Assembly: GCA_001643675.2 (NCBI GenBank)
Contig: LSRY02000017.1
Location: forward strand, 558,001 to 622,000
Direction of reading: 5' to 3'
DNA: 64,000 bases
Origin: Monocercomonoides exilis PA203
Taxonomy: Eukaryota > Protista > Preaxostyla
The notes beneath the pieces were generated by a model. That model saw nothing but the letters and a program-made list of their open reading frames with translations, was not told the origin of the DNA and made no database searches. The position numbers were made by a program, and so were the translations under genes. Below, one piece after another: positions 60,186 through 64,000 of this stretch; within the stretch, counting starts at the first letter, position 1, and every line of letters begins with the position of its first letter.

Positions 60186-63100
60186 GCAGATGTTGCAGAG
60201 GGAAAGCAGAGTGAACAGCGAGTTTGCATCACCGAAAAGTCCTATTGAATCAGAAACCTCAGAAGCTTCTGAGTCAGAGGAGCAGAAGAGCGAGTATATC
60301 GTCAAATCTGACAGCTATGCAGGCTCTGAGCGCATACAATCCAAGCGGTCTCTTGTATCTTCCTCATATTCTGCGTCTTCGTCCTATTCAGAACCAAAAC
60401 GAACAGCTGCAAAGCGGAATCACCGCCGAAGAAAAGCTCAAAAGAGACACAGACACCACAAAAAGCATAGACACCACCACAAAGCGAAGCATAGGTACTC
60501 AGAAACGAATTCATCCAGCGGCTCACGCTATTATAGCTCGTCTGCTTTGACAACAGCAACGAGCACTTCTGCTTCTTGCACCACATCTTCTTCAACCTTG
60601 CCAACTTCATCGACTTCATCCAGAAGATCATCCACTGTTCCCTCAACGACGACTTCGTCTGCAACAACTCAAAGCACAACAACAACAACGTACTCCAGCG
60701 ACTCACGTTACAGAAGCAAAGCGCATCGCAGGCATCACCACCACAAGACGCAGAAACAGCGGAGACATCGAAGACATTCTTCTTCAAAGAGACACCGCCA
60801 GCCCCAACGTCGACACCACAAACACAAGCGCCATCACCAACATCAGCATAGGCACGAAAAGCCGAAAAGAACGCATAATCACCACCATTCGCACTATCCG
60901 AAGACGAACTCCTCTGCTCGCTCCAACTATCGCCAGGGCAGCAACGAGCTTGCGAGGGGACAGGCACATGTGCCACGTTCTGAAGGGGATATGTCCAATG
61001 CAACAGCACAACTGATGTCACAGCCAGCGTCTGAGCTGCAGTCACCCTCTCGGAAGAACTCCCACTCACATAACACCTCCCAGTCGCTGTCACAGTCTCC
61101 TTATTCGCACTCGTCTGCCTCGTCGCAGCAGATCACCCCGTTCGGCCCGTCGATGATGTCGCAGCTTGGCAATTCTGAGCTGATAAGCTCCATGCCCATC
61201 TCTCTCCCCACTCCGTCTGCCATCTCCTCTGTCATGTCATCGCGCTTGACACACCCACTTGAATCACCCACAGGCTCCATTTCTTCTGCCCTGTCACACA
61301 CACTGCAGACAGCCACCCCTGCCACAGAAGTCGGGCTCTCTCTCACACCAGCTTATTCAGCTCACCCACCGGCCTCGAAATCAACCCCGTCGCAACACAG
61401 CGATTTCTATGCACATCCTCCGCCACAGCCGAAGATACTATCATCTGCCCCGTCTGTCCCGCTGTTCTCTGCCCTCCAGCAAGACCGGCCGTTTTTTGCA
61501 GAAGTGTTCACATTCAACTCGGCACGCAATCTTTTGACGATTTCGTCCAACCACCACCGCACCGAAAAGACAGCAGATCCGCCTCGCTCGCTGACTGCCA
61601 CTGATTATTCAAGATCCAAACAGGAAGGAGACGAACAAGAATACCCAGCACAGGAGCACAAGGACAACGCCTCTTTGACAAGTGGCAGTGTGCCCCACTC
61701 GCCGCTCATCACACAATCGACTCATTCACTCCAGCATCTTCAGATGCAGCAGCAACCGCAGTTGCAGTTACAGTCACAGACACAGTCACAACTGCAGAAT
61801 GCAATTGAAGCACAAACAGATCAGACAAAACAAAGAGAACAACAAAATGTACAAGCGAATGAACAACACTCAGAACTACACACACAAACAGAGTCTCGTT
61901 CAGAAACACGCTCGCCAACTCCTCCTCCTTCGCCTCCTGCAAACACAGAAGATCTGAATATGCCTACACTTTTCCCAACGCGACCAGACATCCAGCCAAT
62001 TTCACAGCAGCTTCCATCGTCTTCCCTTTCTCTCTCATACTCAATGATGCTGAAACCACAAGCAGCAGCCAACAAGAATCAAATTTCAAATGCCTCTTCG
62101 TCTTCTTCCTCATCTTCTTCCTCTTCCTTCATCACTTCTTCCACCTCTGCTTCGTCCCATCTGAACGGGCAAGGCTCCGAAATCCAGCCTTCAATCGAAG
62201 CTGGCTATCTGCCCTCTGTTGCGTCCATTGCTGATGACAAGATATCTCAATCACCCGCACAGCTTGCACCTCGTCCGCTGACAATCATACCAAGCCACGC
62301 TTCCCCTGTTGTCACACCACAATCACCGACTGTTTCAAACTTCCTGCCATATGCCTCTTCTGAATCGTATACGCCATCTTCTGCATCTTCAGCATCATCA
62401 ACATCATCGTCTTCTTCATCACGGACAAACACCCCAATCTCTGCTACTGGTTCAGACATTCCCTTTGCCTTGTCTCCATTGTCCTCTCTTCCGTCCTTGT
62501 CGCAACAGACCCTCTCACAAACGGCCGACACAAACCAGTCAAACCCTTCAGATTCATCGGGGACTCATTCCAAGATGGGAATCTTTGCACAGTCTCCTGT
62601 TCCCACCAACCCTTCTGGCAGGATGCTGCACACAAACTCTCCACAATTACAGCAAAGCGAGAACATTACTCCGCCAAATGAATCTGCCTATGCAACAAGT
62701 TCTGGGCAAAGTGGTAATGGCGCACATCATTCCAGTCCGAGAAGGACATCTGACTCGTCGCTGAAGAATGCGCAAACAGCTTCAGACGGACTACCACCAG
62801 CACCGATGAAAGTACCTCCTCTTCCAAAGGAGCACTTTGATAGCAAGCCTCCACAAGGATATCCAAATGTGAAGTCGCCTGTTGAAGGAAGTAGATTGTC
62901 TGCAAATAGCAAAGAGAAAGAGAAAGAGAAAGATAAAGAGAAGAAACTTTTGCAGAGAGGGCCTTCCTCCTCGCTTCCTGCACTTCCCTCGTCATTTCCA
63001 CAAAACCCTGTACATTCGCCTCCTCCTCTGCAAGCATCAAACATGCTTCTATCTCCCTCTGAGCTCCCATCGTCCATTGCTGTTCAGTCAGACATCCTGC

Positions 63101-64000
63101 AGACAATGACAGAGGAGCAGGCTGTGAAGGACTCGATGTTTGAGAGCCCGTCGATGATTGCTTCGTTTACGGATGGGAAAAGACGCGCTAGCATGATCAG
63201 AGAAATGGCAGCATCGGGGGAGAAAGGCCTGGAGCGAGAGAAGAAGAAAGAGGAGGACCAGAACATGCAGCTGGATGCGCCGTCTCCGACTCCTTCGTTT
63301 GAGTCCATAAGAGGAGTGGACATGCTGGAGAGAGAACAAGTTGGCGAGCTGCTGTTGGGGCTGATGAACTCAGACAGATCAGACGAGATGGATATTCCAC
63401 AGAACATTTTGAATAAGATCAAGCAGGAGCATCCATTCACGCTGCAGACAAAGGGAACAACACATACAGATACAGAAGGAAAAGAAGGAAGCATACAACA
63501 AGTGGGAAATTCCAAACAAATAACAGAGCAGTTGAATCAGATAAATGCCGATGCTCTGGCAGCCGCGATTGCAGCTGCGGGTGTGCAAGTACAAAGCACA
63601 GGATCACCAGCAGCCCCAGGGTTTTATCCATCTTCAGCTTCTTCACAAGGGTCTGCCGTTGAATCAACAGCTGGATCAGCTTCAGGGTCAGATGAGGACG
63701 AAGAGGAAGAAGAAGAGCTATTGTCGTATCATTCAGAAGGATTCGAGATGAAGAAGTGTAGTGGCATTGATGGCAGTCTTTTAGGCGATGGAAGTAGTGG
63801 AAAGGTTGGAGATGGAGCTGCAGACGAGTATTCACTGATGAAGAACAGACCTCTTTCAGCTGGGTCATACTTCGTCCGTGGAATGGTGATGGAAAGCAGG
63901 GCACCTAATGCAAAGGAGAACCAGACTGTGAATGCAGATGCAGATCAACAACAAAATCAACAGTCTGAACAGGAATCGCAAAAACAACCACAGTCAAAGG
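47552..64000 (+). CDS. Giant (>5,400 aa, 3' end outside the window) protein of unknown function: helical folded blocks embedded in Ser/Gln/His/Glu low-complexity sequence; exons 47552-47743, 47813-47860, 47909-48055, 48109->64000
   Basis: Three short 5' exons join in frame. The frame from 48109 is open at every position sampled, and the ORF track has no terminated plus ORF in that frame, consistent with a ~15.9-kb open exon. Hydrophobic blocks include LARLRVASLKIVEAII, VNALCALGELLINL and LHLRALMAFAVNK...FYSLHLVDFIGREINLEH. Confidence 0.85.

Noticed and set aside
48348-63904. Dozens of short overlapping ORFs on both strands, likewise across 17696-30155
   Set aside because: Off-frame or antisense products of triplet-repeat-rich giant exons; no independent domain signal.
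1-64000. Possible non-standard genetic code (TAA/TAG = Gln) or selenocysteine recoding
   Set aside because: Multi-kilobase ORFs have no in-frame TAA/TAG/TGA, and genes end at TAA or TGA where homology ends. Apparent internal stops fall inside predicted introns.
1-64000. Prokaryotic systems (CRISPR array, operons), tRNA or rRNA genes
   Set aside because: No repeat-spacer array or recognisable tRNA/rRNA was seen; the DNA is spliceosomal-intron eukaryotic sequence.

Overview
Gene-dense eukaryotic (protist) genomic DNA with the standard genetic code. It has short GT-AG introns clustered in AT-rich 5' gene ends, long intron-free downstream exons full of Ser/Gln/Glu low-complexity tracts, and very AT-rich spacers. 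The style resembles an oxymonad such as Monocercomonoides (inference from composition and protein families, not from a search). I reconstructed 11 protein-coding genes by hand: a giant repeat-module surface protein running off the left edge, SEL1L/Hrd3, RFC5, KIN17, POP4, a ~4,340-aa RING/LRR protein, a minimal Vti1-like Qb-SNARE, condensin CAP-G, a KH-RRM-CCCH RNA-binding protein, an NNF1/PMF1-like protein, and a >5,400-aa protein running off the right edge. The two edge genes are missing from the ORF track because they have no stop codon in the window. Notable non-coding signals are a 450-bp Tc1/mariner-type MITE with perfect 27-bp TIRs, a structured GC-richer island (candidate ncRNA or poison exon) in the longest intron, a stop-free 3n intron whose retention adds a hydrophobic segment, and three 139-200-bp divergent promoters. 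All exon boundaries are manual predictions. No confirmed novel system is claimed; the leads are ranked below.
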